Source: Callorhinchus milii
Lineage: Eukaryota
DNA: 64,000 nt
Assembly (NCBI RefSeq): GCF_018977255.1
Contig: NW_024704742.1
Coordinates: forward strand, 43,774,001 to 43,838,000
Direction of reading: 5' to 3'
The notes under the pieces were generated by a model. It did no database searches, had not been told where the DNA came from, and saw only the letters and a program-made list of their open reading frames with translations. The translations under genes were made by a program, and so were the position numbers. Numbering within the stretch: the stretch's first letter is position 1; each line of letters opens with the position of its first letter. This document shows, in pieces, positions 28,373 through 40,940 of this stretch.

Positions 28373-28693
28373 TTAATAATAATAATTCTTGCATTTGCTA
28401 TAGTGCCTTATCACATTGTTGAGATGTCTCAAAGCACTTCACAGGATATACTGTAAAGTGAATTGACTGTATATTTTGTGGGAGAAGTGTGGCACCCAAA
28501 TGGGCACAGCAGTGTCTTGGATTGAGTGACCAAATTATTATTGTTATTTATTTCTTGTTTCAATAGATTATTATTCCCGGAAAACAGAGGCGTGTGGAGT
28601 AAGGAAACCTGCCCAACATTTCGCCCTGCCCAGGAATCGAACCCAGGTCCTCTCGCTTGCGAGGTGAGTTGTCAAACCACTAAGCTACAGGAC
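28373..28693 (-). mobile_element. Deu-domain SINE
   Basis: tRNA head (B-box ggttcgattcc on the minus strand) and family tail. Confidence 0.8.
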
Positions 28694-28736
28694 TACAGCT
28701 TGTTTAAAAGAGTTCCATAATACAGGAAGCACTTAC

Positions 28737-28805
28737 CACAGCCTGCAAAATCACGACTGTTTCTACAAGCTTCATTATCAGTGCACTGGACAGGGAAGTA
28801 AAGAT
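28737..28805 (-). CDS. Protease exon 2: 23-aa stem with half-LDLa-like Cys spacing (YLYFPVQCTDNEACRNSRDFAGC)
   Basis: tttttctttcag acceptor and gtaagt donor; 69 nt, phase 1/1, open; C-x5-C-x8-C spacing. Confidence 0.75.
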
Positions 28806-30121
28806 CTGAAAGAAAAAGTTAAATTTTTTACCTCAGGTGCAGTGAGAAGTTATACACCAGTTCCACGATAGAATGCTACAGCACACAAATAGGCTATTTG
28901 GCCGAACCGGTAGTACACTAATATTTATAGTTCACATGAGCCATCACCGCTCCTACTCCCTCTCCATTTCCTTCTCCCTCCTTGAAAGCTTCACAAGTTA
29001 GCTATTATAAGCTAACTAAAGGGAGAACTAGTTTAGATCTGGTCTTAATAGAACTTTATTAATTAGGGGGAAAATGGTCAGGGTGAGGGGAGGGAAGGGA
29101 GGGGGTGAGGAGGGGGTAGAGAGTCGAGAGGGGAGCTGAAGGCACAGTCAAAGAGAAAGGTCTTGAGACCGACCTTGAAGGAGGAAAGGGAGGAGGCGGC
29201 GAAGGCACTGGGGGATGGAGTTCCAGAGCCTAGGGGCTGAGAGGCTGAAGGCCCGGCCATCGATGGTAGGGCGGTTGGGGCGGGGGATGTGGAGCAGACC
29301 GGAGCCAGAGGAACGGAGGGTACGGGCAGGTAGGTAGGGGGATAGTAGGTTGGAGAGGTAGGAGGGAGCAAGGCCGTGAATGGCCTTGTAGGTGAGGATG
29401 AGGATCTTGAATTCGATCCTCTGGGGGATGGGGAGCCAGTGGAGGCGAGCGAGGGTGGGAGTGATGTGGTCCCGAAGCCTGGTGCGGGACAGTACACGAG
29501 CTGCAGAGTGCAGCCTTGGATGCTGATGCTGTCAGTGCTAATGTCTGAACCACAGAATCCATTCAAGAATACAACAGTGGCATGTAAATCTATGAGCTAA
29601 AGTACTGACCTTGGGCTTGAGCCCACAACTCAGAGGCAAGAGTGTCACTAGCTCAACATGATGGCAGCCATGAATTTTACCAGGACACTACAGAACTCAT
29701 TCTCTTCATCACAGATCATATTCAGATGCAGTTATAGAGATTTGTGCCCCTTTAGGTAGCTGTGGTATACTTCAATGACCTAGTTCTAAACTAAGTTAAA
29801 CAGAGACCATCTTCATCAATTAACGTTTGGTAAAACTTGTTCGGAACAGAATAAATAGGTGAAGAGCTTGCAAAAAGAATGTTAGCTAAAAAGCTTTTTG
29901 CTAAAGACATTTGACATTTAAAGTTTACACTTTTAATTAATTGGTAGAGGAAATTATTCGGCAAGTCTCTCATCCCATCCAAGTCATTGTAAATGTTCAA
30001 GAAAGACATTCTGAAACAGCTACTGTTAATCTCACTACGATTTCAGCTTTCAGTTTCTAGGATTACACAGCAGACCGTACAATCATGCAATCCGTGTTAC
30101 AGCAACAAATAGAATACTCAC

Positions 30122-30260
30122 ACATTGTAACAGCAACAGCTAGCCCCAATAACAAAAAAGACACTGAAAATAAAACTATTGCAAGAATCTTCCAATGTCT
30201 GTATGTCAGTGTCTGTGTTTTGATTGCCTCTGCCTTCGGTGCTTCAATATTTCCTTCCAT
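30122..30260 (-). CDS. Type II transmembrane serine protease, exon 1: short cytoplasmic tail and signal-anchor TM
   Basis: ATG at 30260; MEGNIEAPKAEAIKTQTLTYRHWK-ILAIVLFSVSFLLLGLAVAVTM (basic residues, then about 22 hydrophobic residues); gtgagt donor, phase 1. Confidence 0.75.
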
Positions 30261-30577
30261 TTGTCACTGTTTGCGATCAGAGCAAAGGAGATTCACTGCA
30301 TGAAATATATATTTTCTCCTGAACAACTCCTGCACTAAGCTGAAGTCATATGCACATGGTAGAGTGAAGTGAGTATTACAAAGGATACAAAAATAGCCTC
30401 CAGCTAGTCAACGTAGATTTCAAGACATAATTGGAATTTCTGCCTATTTTTTGTTAACTTTTTCCTGTTTGAGACACCCGCACGTACATCAGCCTTTCAC
30501 TGTGGATGGGAAAGTGGTGGATCAAGTTAAAGCAGTAATGATGGGAAGGGTGTGGTGTCTTTATTGCAAAGTGAATA

Positions 30578-30866
30578 GGAGTCCTGTAGCTCATTGGTTA
30601 GAGCACTCGCCTCGCAAGCGAGAGACCTGGGTTCGATTCCTGGCAGGGCAAAACCTTGGGCAAATTTCTTTACTCTTGATAATATTTCTTCAAAAAAAGA
30701 ACAATGATAAGGTTGGTCACTTCAATCCACCTGTTTGTGGGACACTGCTGTGCGGAATTGGCTGCCATGTTTTGCCCACAAATATACAGTCAACTCACTT
30801 TGCAGTCTATTCCATGAAGCGCTTTGAGACATCTATAATCAAATGCAAGGATTATTATTTATTATA
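30578..30866 (+). mobile_element. Deu-domain SINE
   Basis: ggagtcctgtagctcattggttagagc...gggttcgattcc head, Deu core, (tta)n tail. Confidence 0.82.
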
Positions 30867-33196
30867 ACTTGTTTGCAAGTCATGAAATAAAATGCAGAAC
30901 AATAATGTAAGCACAGTATTAAACATAAGATAAAAGTCAACTGGCTATGTGAAAAGTCTGAATAGGTTGCACTATCCTTAAAGAGCCTTGATTTGCCAAT
31001 GGGTCATTGGGTGAGTATAAATGAGCCACTTTCCTACTTCACTTTCTTCGCCAACTGGTTTGGATTACTGAACTGAACACGACTCGAGCTTCAGTAATCA
31101 TTGCGAGGCCATCTCAAGTTGATAGGGATAAAGTTTATCATTTTGTTCCTGGTTTACACCTGATGTAGGATTACTGAAGATTTAAAATTGTGCGGAATTG
31201 TTGAAAATCCCTCTAAATTTGGAAACTGGTTCTTCTAAGATCTGCAGAGAATTGGCTTTCAGTCAACAAACTTCAAATCTATTGGTATTTTTGGATATTG
31301 CTATGATTTTCCTGCTAAAATCTAGAGAAGAAAATTCAGTTTGTAGACTAGACTTTCGTACAAACTAGACAATGGAGAACTCAAGGAAGGATGCCAAGAG
31401 AAATGACCTATATTCTATTATTATATTATATATATTACATAAATACCTACCATCCTGTTCGCTCTCCCCACTCAGCGGGCTCCGGCCTGCTTCCTGTCCC
31501 CCTCTGGAACTCCATTCCGCAGTCCCTCCGTCTTGCCCCCTCCCTCACCACCTTCAAGACCCACCTCAAGACCCTCTTCTTCGATCGTGCTTTCGATCTC
31601 CCTGCTTCCCTCCCTGCCCTCCCTCCTCCCCCACCCCAACCCCCAACCCGAGTCCGTAACTCTGTCTGTCCAGCGCCTTGGGACATCCTTCCCAACATGA
31701 AATGCACTTTACAAATGTAATTTTGTTGTTGTTATTTTATAATAATCCTGTTCTTTTCCTGGGAGTGTAGCACACATCTTTGCCAAATGGGAAAAATGTA
31801 AATACTGTGACTGGGTCTGGGAATTGGTTGGCAAACACGGCAGCCAAATTGTGCACGGCAACTTCCGACAAACAGCCAGGAAAAGAATAATCGGTTTTAT
31901 TTGGGGGAATTTTTGGCCAGGACATAGTGGAAACTCCCTTCTCTTTTTGAATAATGCAAATGGGATCTCTAATGTCCATCTGAATTTGCAGACGGGCCTT
32001 GGTTTAACGTCTCATCCAAAGTCACCTCCAACAATGAAACACATCTTTAGCACTGTATTAGAGTCTCAGATTAGACTATGTGAGTTTAAGCTCCACGTCA
32101 GGACTTGAACCTACAACCTCTTGACTCAGAGGTAAGAGTGTTATCAACTGAGCTAGACTGGTAAACCAAAGCCTATAATATTAAGCACTTACTTCCTTGT
32201 ACTATAACCCCTTGATTTCCTGTTATGTAAATTCAACAACAGAAATGTATGGCAAGGTTTTCTCATTTTGTGGGTTTACCAGAGATGTTTACCAAATAAT
32301 AGGACCGCGGTCAGAAAGGTAATAAGTTATTTTGATGCTGAGATTCATGGTTTGGATTCTAACCAGAAAGTAAATGGGGCAGAGCATGCCTGTTACCTTA
32401 GTGGGTACGAACAACATCTGAGGTGATGCTAAGATAAAGTGCACCAAAAGGTGGCAGGTTGAGCTAGGAACGTGTTGAAATCCTCCTCTTAATCTGCTCT
32501 CCTGATTGGCTCATGCCAGCGCCTCCCCAACTCAGGCATTGGCAGCTTCAGCATCCACGGATGCACACTCCACCTCACCAAGCCAGTCAGGAACCTAGCC
32601 ATCTTGTTCGACCCTCAACCATCCTTTCTCCCACACATCCGTGCCATGACCGGCTCTGCAAGCATCTTATCAATCTGTCCGCTCCTTCTGCGCTGCAGGC
32701 TCCGACCTGCTCCATGTCCCCAGCCCAGCCCTGCCCACCCCACCATCAGCAATCAGGCCTTCAGCCTCTCTGCCCCCACGCTCTGGAACTCCATCCCACA
32801 TTCCCTTTGCCTGGCTCTTTCCCTTTCCTCCTTTAAGGCATAGCCTCAAGACCTTCCTCTTCAACCATGCCTTCGACCTCTGCCCTCCACCCTCCCTGAT
32901 CCCAAACCCCCCACTTGGGTCCTAATCTCTAACTGTCCAGCACCTTGAGACATCCTCCCGATGTGAAAGGCACTTTATAAATGTAATTTTGTATTGTATT
33001 GTAAAGGATCCAGTGATCCTTGTTGGCTTACACAAGCCCCCTGGGCCCTGCAAATCTTCTGCCTCAGTCTCTCTCGCTCTTTCACACACACACACACACA
33101 CAATCTCTCTCTGTTTCTCTCTCACACACAGTCTGTCTGTCTCTCTCACTCTATCTCAAACACACACAATCTCTCTTTCTCGCAGGAAACATCTAT

Positions 33197-35240
33197 CAAC
33201 AACAACAAGGTTACATTTTTGTATAGCGCCTTTCACGTAGGGAGGACGTCCCAAGGTACTGGACAGTGTACAGAATTTCAGACCCGAGTTGGGGTCGGGG
33301 GGGAGAAGGGAGGGGAGGGGAAGGGGGGTGACCGATGGCATGGTCGAAGAGGAGGATTTTGAGGTGGGACTTGAAGGAGGCTAAGGAGGAGGCGAGATGG
33401 AGTGATTTGGGGATGGAATTCCAGAGGTTCGGGGAAGAGTGGCTGAAAGCTCTCCTGTCAATGGTGGGGCGGGTGGGTCGGGGGACGTGGAGCAGGCCAG
33501 AGCCGGCTGAGCGGAGGGAACGGGCAGGGGTTTAGGAGGTCCCAGAGGTAGGGTTGGGCGAGGCCATGGAGGGCTTTGTAGGTGAAGACCAGGATCTTGA
33601 ACTGGATCCTCTGAAGGACAGGGAGCCAAAGAAGTTGGACAAGAATGGGGGAGATGGGGTCACGGAGTTTGGTGCGGGAGAGGACACGGGCTGCAGAGTT
33701 CTGGATTATCTGCAGCCTGTGGAGGGAGGAGTTGGGAAGGCCGACAATTGGGCATTTGCATAGTCGAGCCTGGAGGTGATGAAGGCATGAACAAGAGGTT
33801 CAGGGGCCTGAGGGGTGAGGTAGTGGCGGAGTCGGGTAATGTTACAGAGGTGAGGGAAGGCAGAGCAGGTCATGGCTTGGATGTGGGGAAGAAAAGACAG
33901 TTGAGGGTCAAACAAGACACCCAGGTTCCTGACTGGCTATGGTGAGTTGTAGTGTGCAACCATGGAGGCTGATACTGCCAGAGCCTGAGGCGCTGAGGCG
34001 CTGGCGTGAGCTAATCAGGAGGGCCTCAGTCTTGTTCACATTCAACTGTAAGAAATTTGCCCTCATCCAGGACTTGATGTTCGACAGACAGTCTGTCAGG
34101 ACAGCAGTGGTCCTGGAGTTGAGGGTGGAGTAGAAAGAGTTGGGTGTCATCCGCATACATATGGAAGTTGACCCCATGTCTGTGGATGATGTCACCAAGG
34201 GGGAGCATGTAGATATTAAAGGGGAGAGGGCCAAGGACAGGGCCCTGGGGGACACCAGACTTGACTGTGCGGGGGCTGGAGGAGAAACCGTTAGAGGCAA
34301 CAAAGTGGAGATGGTGAGAGAGGTAGGAATCGAACCAGGCAAGGGCAGGTCTGCGAAGATTAAGTAAAGAGGAGAGGCAGTGTATGAGGATGAAGTGGTC
34401 GACAGTGTCGAAGGCGGCAGAGAGGTCGAGAAGGACAAGGAGGCAGAGGGAGCCCTGATCACAGATGTTCAGAATGTCATTAGTGACTTTGACCGGGGCT
34501 GTTTCCGTGCTGCGGACCGTGCAGAAGCCGGATTGGAGGGGTTCAAAGAGAGAATGGCGAGAAAGGAAGGAGCGGAGCTGGGACCTGACGACTCGTTCCA
34601 GGACCTTGGAGAGGAATGAGAGGTTAAAGATGGAGTGGTAGCTGGAGAAGAGGGATGAGTCCAGGGAAGGATTTTTCAGGATGGGAGTGATGACAGCTGT
34701 TTTTAGGGTGATGGGAACTGAACCAGTGGACAAGGAGAGGTTGATGACATCGGACCGAAGAGGGGCCAGAAGGTGGAGCTGGGAAACGAGGAGAGAGGTG
34801 GGGATGGGATTGAGGGAGCAGGTGGTGGGTTTGAGTTTGCAAACAGTCGTAGTGAGGGAGGAGGGAGAGATAGGATTGAAGGAGTATAGGGAGGGATGGG
34901 TGGAGTTTGGGTCATGAGGGAGAGGTGATGTGATGGTGGACAGGGCAGAGGTGGCTGAACGTATCCCCTGATTTAGGATTCGAAGAAGTCCAGCATCTCC
35001 TCACAGTTGGCGTTTGAGGAGAAGATAGGTGAGACGTGGGAAGGTGGACGGAGGAGACAGTTTGTGGTGGAAAAGAGAAGCCTAGAGTTGTCCTTTGCCT
35101 CCAAGATTACCTTGGACTAGAAGGAGGATTTGGCGGAGGCAAGAGCGCAGCAATAGGACTTGGTGTGAAGCCAAATCTGCCGATGGACCATGAGTTTGAA
35201 TTTGGACCAAGCGCGTTCAGCAGCTCACACTTGTGCCTTG
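33197..35240 (-). mobile_element. Longest L2 copy (about 2 kb) including the RT domain, frameshifted
   Basis: ORF 34026..34733: SKVLERVV, QSGF, STETA, LLDLSAAFDTVDH, GVPQGPVLGP, YADDTQL. Confidence 0.95.
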
Positions 35241-36956
35241 AGGGAACGAGACGGCAATGGATCATCAAGCTGATGATCCTAGCAAAAATACTAGAGGTGG
35301 GTGGTGGTGGGGAGGATCATGCTGGTGTCTGGTCAATGTCCCCGCCCTGCCCAATACACCATTGCCAGTCGGACCTTCAGCTTTTCTACCTATCTGGAAC
35401 TCCATCCCGGTGTCCCTCTGCATCACCTCTCCATTGCCTCCTTGAAGGCCCATCTCAAGACTTTCGTTTTTGACTGTGACAAGAAAACACGCATGAGAGC
35501 GTCTCATTCCCACATTAAACACACAGTCATTACACTTTACAGTGAATCCTGTGAAGCTCTTTGGGACGTCCTCCCAAGGTGGCAAGGCGCCTTAGTATCC
35601 TTAGGCAGGTTTTATGGGTTAACCAACACTCACTGTGTCTCACCCTCACTCCCACGGAGGGCTTTGAAGGTGAGGAGCAGGATCTAGACCTGTACGATCT
35701 GAACGATGGGGAGCTGGGCGAGGATGGTGGTGATAGGGTCGCGGAGCCTCGTGTGAGAGAGAACTGCAGAGTTCTAGTTGACCTGCAGCCTGTGGAGGGA
35801 GAAGTTGTGGAGGCTGACAAGCAGGGAGTTTCCGTAATCGAGCCTGGATTTAATGAATGTATGGATGAAGAATTATAACACTATTTTCAAAAAATGCAAT
35901 TTACCTTTATAGAGTATCTTCTATGTTGGAAGGATGTCTTAAAGCACCTGACACTGCTGATTAGGCACCAGAGCTGGGGATGGGAACCAGTGAGTGGGAC
36001 AGTAAAGATGACCAAGAACCTGGTCACAGAAGTACGTTGAGGTGGATTTTGACCCGGGATGGAGGGGGGGGAGCGGGGGAGAAGGAGTGATTTGCAGGGT
36101 TTTCGTGATGGATTTCGAGAGAGTAGGGGCAGAACGGCTTTGAGCTCACTCATCAAAACAGCTTCTCTATTATAAACGCGTTTAAACAAGCAGTGTTATG
36201 AATTTGTTCGCCGGACTGAGGCTTATTGCACGAACACTAGCTACTAATTCAGCTTTGTAAGAAATTTGCAGCTTGTGTGAATTCAAATGTTGCTAATAAA
36301 AAAATACATTAATATTGCTCATAGTGCCCAATTAATGCGCCTCTTGTTGCTTGTTTTAAATTGTCTATAAATTAAAATAATTTAAATCAAACTCATGCCT
36401 AATTTAAAATTAATCTGTTAACTCTGCTGGTTTATTTTCCCTGAACAGACATCACTATATAGGTCAGGCTGCAAATCAATCAAAATGCAAAGAACTTCCT
36501 GCTTTGAGGAGAAATACTGGGAAATGTGGGAGACATGGTGATAATAAACCTTACATTCGATTTAGTGCCTTTCATGTTGAAAGGATGTCTTGAAGCACTT
36601 TATATGATATTAAGCACTCCGGGACACTACCTGTGTGAAGGGCATTATATACATGCAAGTTGTTGTTGTTATTCTGTAAAGTGTAGTGACTGTACACACT
36701 TGTAGGTGAACCCAGCAGTCAATTTGCTCACAGCAACATCCGGTAACCAGCATGAAGTGAATAATTAATTTAATTTGGGTGATTGTTCACCAGGACGCAG
36801 GGAGAAACTGCCTTCTCTTTTCAAATAGTAAATGTGTTGATGTGTTGGGGTTGACGACAACCCCAGGCTCCTCTTTCCCATCACGAACCTACTCCTTGCC
36901 TCGCCCATCCTCACCTCAAATGCCAACTCCGAGGCAATGCTGGACTTCCTCAAATT

Positions 36957-36981
36957 NNNNNNNNNNNNNNNNNNNNNNNNN
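36957..36981. other. Assembly gap (25 N)
   Basis: Run of 25 N. Confidence 1.
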
Positions 36982-39270
36982 CACACACACACATTTGTGC
37001 ATGCAACCACACACACTCATACCTGTCCTCCCGCAGCTCACACAAAGACATGCACACACACGCACACTCACATACACACAAATAGACACACAACGCATGA
37101 TGACACACTTGCACACACCTGTCACGCCTACCCTTCCCTCATAAATGTACACACAGTGGATCGATCACTAAGTCATGTATGGACATGATGGGGGGGAAGA
37201 GAGAGCAGGAGAATGTGGTTAGAGTAGTGAGCATATCTTAGTTGTGCAAAAATGTGAAACTCACAATCATTTCCCTTCTGGACCCTGGGAGTGAGACTTT
37301 CTAGCTCTGTACCCCCTGCCCTTGCTAGGAACTCGCTCCCGCCCACACTCCAGCTGTTATGCAGCTGGGAATCCAGGCACGATGACCTTCCAGAAATTGG
37401 GATTCAGGTTGGGAATGCCGACGACCTCTATGTAATCGGAAAAAACAAAGATATTCCTCAAAACAGAACCCAACATTACTGCAGCATCTCACAGACAGGT
37501 ACAGAGACTCAGTCAAACCACATGCCTGTAACTCACTCCCACCCTGGAGAGGTGTGTTATTCTATATAAACTTCTTTGAATTAAATTCCAGCCTGTAACT
37601 CACTCTCAACCCGGAGAGGATGCATTATTCTATATTATAAACCTCCAAACCCTTGGATTAGATTTCAGACTTTATGTCTCTCTAACTACAGACCAGCACT
37701 GGCACCTAATAATGATATTGACAATTCTTGGAGCTGTTTCTCTTGTGCTGCCAGGCTCTCTCGCTCTTGTTTTGGTTCGTGCAGAATGCCAGGAGGTTAA
37801 TTCTTATCCACTGCCTGTCTGTCTCTCGCTTTCACACACTCTCTCTCTCGCTGTCACACTCACTCTCTGTCTCTCTGTCCCTCTCTCTCTAATTTTCTGT
37901 TGCTTACACTGCCCCCCCCTCTCTCTCTGTCTCTCTTTTAGTTTCTGTCTGGCTATCTCTCTTCATCTCTGTCTGTCTGTGTCTGTCTCTCTCTCGGTGT
38001 CACATTCACTCTTTATCCCTCTCTGACTTTCTGTTGCTTACACTCTCTCTCTGTCTGTCTCTCCCTGAGTCTCTGTCTGTCTATCCCTATCTTAGTCTCT
38101 GTCTGGCTTGTCTGTCTGTCTCTCTCTCTTAGTCTCTGCCTGTGCGAGTGTCTGTCCATGTGTGTGTGGGTAGGTATTAACACATGCTCTGACACAAACC
38201 TTCTCCCATCACTTGCCCCTACAGGAGAATGTACAATGCACAGTGGTGAGGTTTGACCCTGTGCCCAGGGAATGCAGCCCATTAACCAGCCTGGCTTTGC
38301 ATTGAGATCAGGAACCAGCTCATGATCAGCCAGCAAGTCTCAGACCTCACGCATCAGCCCATCCTGAACTACCAAACCGCAGCAAGCACACTGGGAATCG
38401 CTGTGAAGCTCTCAGCGACGTCTCTCTGGGTGAAAGGCATTGTGTAAATGGAAGCCGTGAAGCATTGTGAGACATCTCTCTGGCTGTGTAAATGTATTTC
38501 GCTGTGAATCTATTTACCCACGATAAACCTTGTGGTTAATAACAGTAAATTGGAGTGAACAGGCCACAGACAGGAAATGAGGTTTATCATCTCTTGCACT
38601 GCGCTGCTCCTTCCCTCCCTCCCCCTAGCACTGCACTGGAGCGTCAGCCTGGACTGGGAGCTCAAAGTCATGGGGGTGGAGCTTGAACACAACAACAACA
38701 AACTGCATTTACTCAGCACCTTTCACTTTAGGAGGATGTCCCAAGGCACTGGACAGTCGAGGGTTTGCACCCCAGCTGGGGTGTGGATTCGAGAGAGGGG
38801 TTGGGAGAAGATGACTGAAGGCACGGTCAAACCACACTGCCTTCTGACAGAGAGAGACTGAATGTGTGTGTGAGAGAGAGAGAAAGAGAGAGGCTGACCA
38901 AAAAGACACACACAGACTGAGACAGAAAGAGACACACACAGACTGAGACAGAATGGTGTTCCTGTCTCTGATTGCCAGCCTGTCGGGGGCTGAGCTGTGG
39001 ATGGTGTTAAGCTGGTGCCTGTGATATCTCTCACTCTAGTCTCTCCCACTCACTGTTCACATCTTTGGAAACTGAGCGAGAGGGCTAGACATTGGTTTCT
39101 CACCTCAGCTGCTCGCCTCGCAAACCATGACCCAACAATCAGCTATCACCTCTGTCCCCTCATTACACTTCACAGTAATAACTCCCTGCTTCCTACTGAC
39201 TCTATATGTGTGTGTCTCTCTCAGTCTGTGCGTGTAAATGCAATTTTTATGAATGTGAGAGGCAGAAAGG
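36982..39270 (+). repeat. Direct duplication (about 2.3 kb), copy 1; copy 2 at 44321-46605
   Basis: Near-identical by eye. Differences are mostly homopolymer or microsatellite length changes plus two substitutions near the start. Confidence 0.95.
37292..38305 (+). pseudogene. Duplicate of the IgSF C-like (37292-37498), TM (37692-37795) and cytoplasmic (38225-38305) exons
   Basis: Exon sequences appear identical to 44630-45644. No leader or V exon is visible upstream; an N gap lies at 36957-36981. Confidence 0.6.
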
Positions 39271-39807
39271 ACGGCCTTGCTCCTCCCTACCTCCATGATC
39301 TCCTAACTCCCTACCAAACTGTCAGTCCCTCCACTCAGGGGGCTCCCAACTGCTTCACGTCCCTGCCTGCCTGCCCCACCATCGGCGTGCAGGCCTTCAT
39401 CTGTCCCCATCCTCTGAAACTCCATCCCACAGTTCCTCCGCCTCACCCCCTCCCTTGCCTCCTTCAAGACCCACCTCAAGAACCTCCTCTTCGACCCTGT
39501 CTTCGATCACCCTGTTACCCTACCATCCTTACTTTTCAACATAATTGTACTTTATATATAAAGTACATATATAAAATGATTGTTTAACTGATGCCTGAAA
39601 TTTTTCATAATCTTAGCCTTAAAACCAAGGTCATAAAAAATTGGAAAATTCTTAAATTCAACCTTAATTTGGAAGACAGTTTTTTTTAAGAACTGCAGCA
39701 ACCCAGTAACCCTAAACTAATGCTGGATTTAAGCCATGGCATTTAGACTAAGAATGTTGGCATTAATATTGATCTAATGCCAGTTTTGCTATGTTTTTGC
39801 TATGTTG

Positions 39808-40940
39808 CAAGATCCTCATCCTCACCTACAAGGCCATTCACGGCCTTGCTCCCTCCTACCTCTCTGACCTACTATCCCCCTACCTACCTGCCCATACCCT
39901 CCGTTCCTCCGGCTCCGGTCTGCTCCACGTCCCCCGCCCCAATCGCCCTACCATCGGTGGTCGGGCCTTCAGCCTCTCAGCCCCCAGGCTCTGGAACTCC
40001 ATCCCCCAGTGCCTTTGCCTTGCTTCCTCTCTCTCCTCCTTCAAGGCCGGTCTCAAAACCTTTCTCTTTGACCGTGCCTTCAGCTCCCCTCTCGACTCTC
40101 TTCCCCGCTCCTCGCTCCCTCCCTTCCCTCCCTCACCCTGACCATTTCCCCCTCCTCGCTCCCTCCCTTCCCTCCCCTCACCCTGACCATTTCCCCCTGC
40201 TCGGGTCCTGACCTAACTGTGCAGCGCCTTGGGACGTCCTCCTGACGTGAAAGGCGCTTTATAAATGGAATCTTGTTATTGTTGTTGTTGTTTGCAATGT
40301 TGTTGACATGATTAATGAATCGCCCGTCTCCGCCAATACCTTTCTCTGAAAACCACTGAAACCCTGGTCCATGCCTTTGTCACCTCTCGGCTGAACTATT
40401 CTAACGCCCTCCTCGCCGGCCTCCCCTCCACTACAATCCATAAAATCCAGATTATTCAAAACTCTGCGCCCACATTCTCCTCCGCACCAAACTCCGCTCC
40501 CCGACCACCCCAGTCCTTGCCAGACTGCACTGGCTGCCTGTCCCAGAGAGGATGGACTTCAAGATTCTCATCCTTGTCTTCAAATCCCTCCACTCCTCTG
40601 CACCCCTCTACCTCTCTGACCTCTCTCCTCAAAACAGTGCCCGTTGCCCTCGTTCTTCTGGGTCTGGCCTCCTCCTTGTCCCCTGAGTCCTCCGTTCCAC
40701 CCTCGGCGGCTATGCCTTCAGCCACTATGCCCCGAGGCTCTGGAACTCCCTTCCTCACTCCCTTCACCTCGCTCCCTCTCTTCCTATTTTCAGGTCTCTG
40801 CTGAAGACCTTTCTTTTCAACTGCGCCTTTGGTCACCTTCCTCCCCCTCCCCCTGGCTCGGCTCCAGGATCTGTTAGCGCTCTGAGATGCTGTCCGGCGT
40901 GGAGGGCGCTATATAAATCCAAGTTGTTGTTGTTGTTGTT
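39808..40940 (+). mobile_element. Two tandem L2 3' fragments of different subfamilies (39808-40292; about 40320-40940)
   Basis: L2 ORF2 C-terminal motifs and two distinct tails; the second tail matches the insertion in the V exon. Confidence 0.85.

Noticed and set aside
29791..30009. ORF in protease intron 1 as a possible extra stem (SEA) exon
   Set aside because: No recognisable domain similarity or convincing splice pair; exons 1 and 2 already join in phase.
30578..30650. tRNA-like sequences here and near 10900, 22000, 28650, 48030 and 51570
   Set aside because: Each continues into a SINE body and tail, so these are SINE heads rather than tRNA genes.
31063..31099. 10-bp inverted repeat gattactgaa...ttcagtaatc
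   Set aside because: Stem too short for a pre-miRNA and does not extend.
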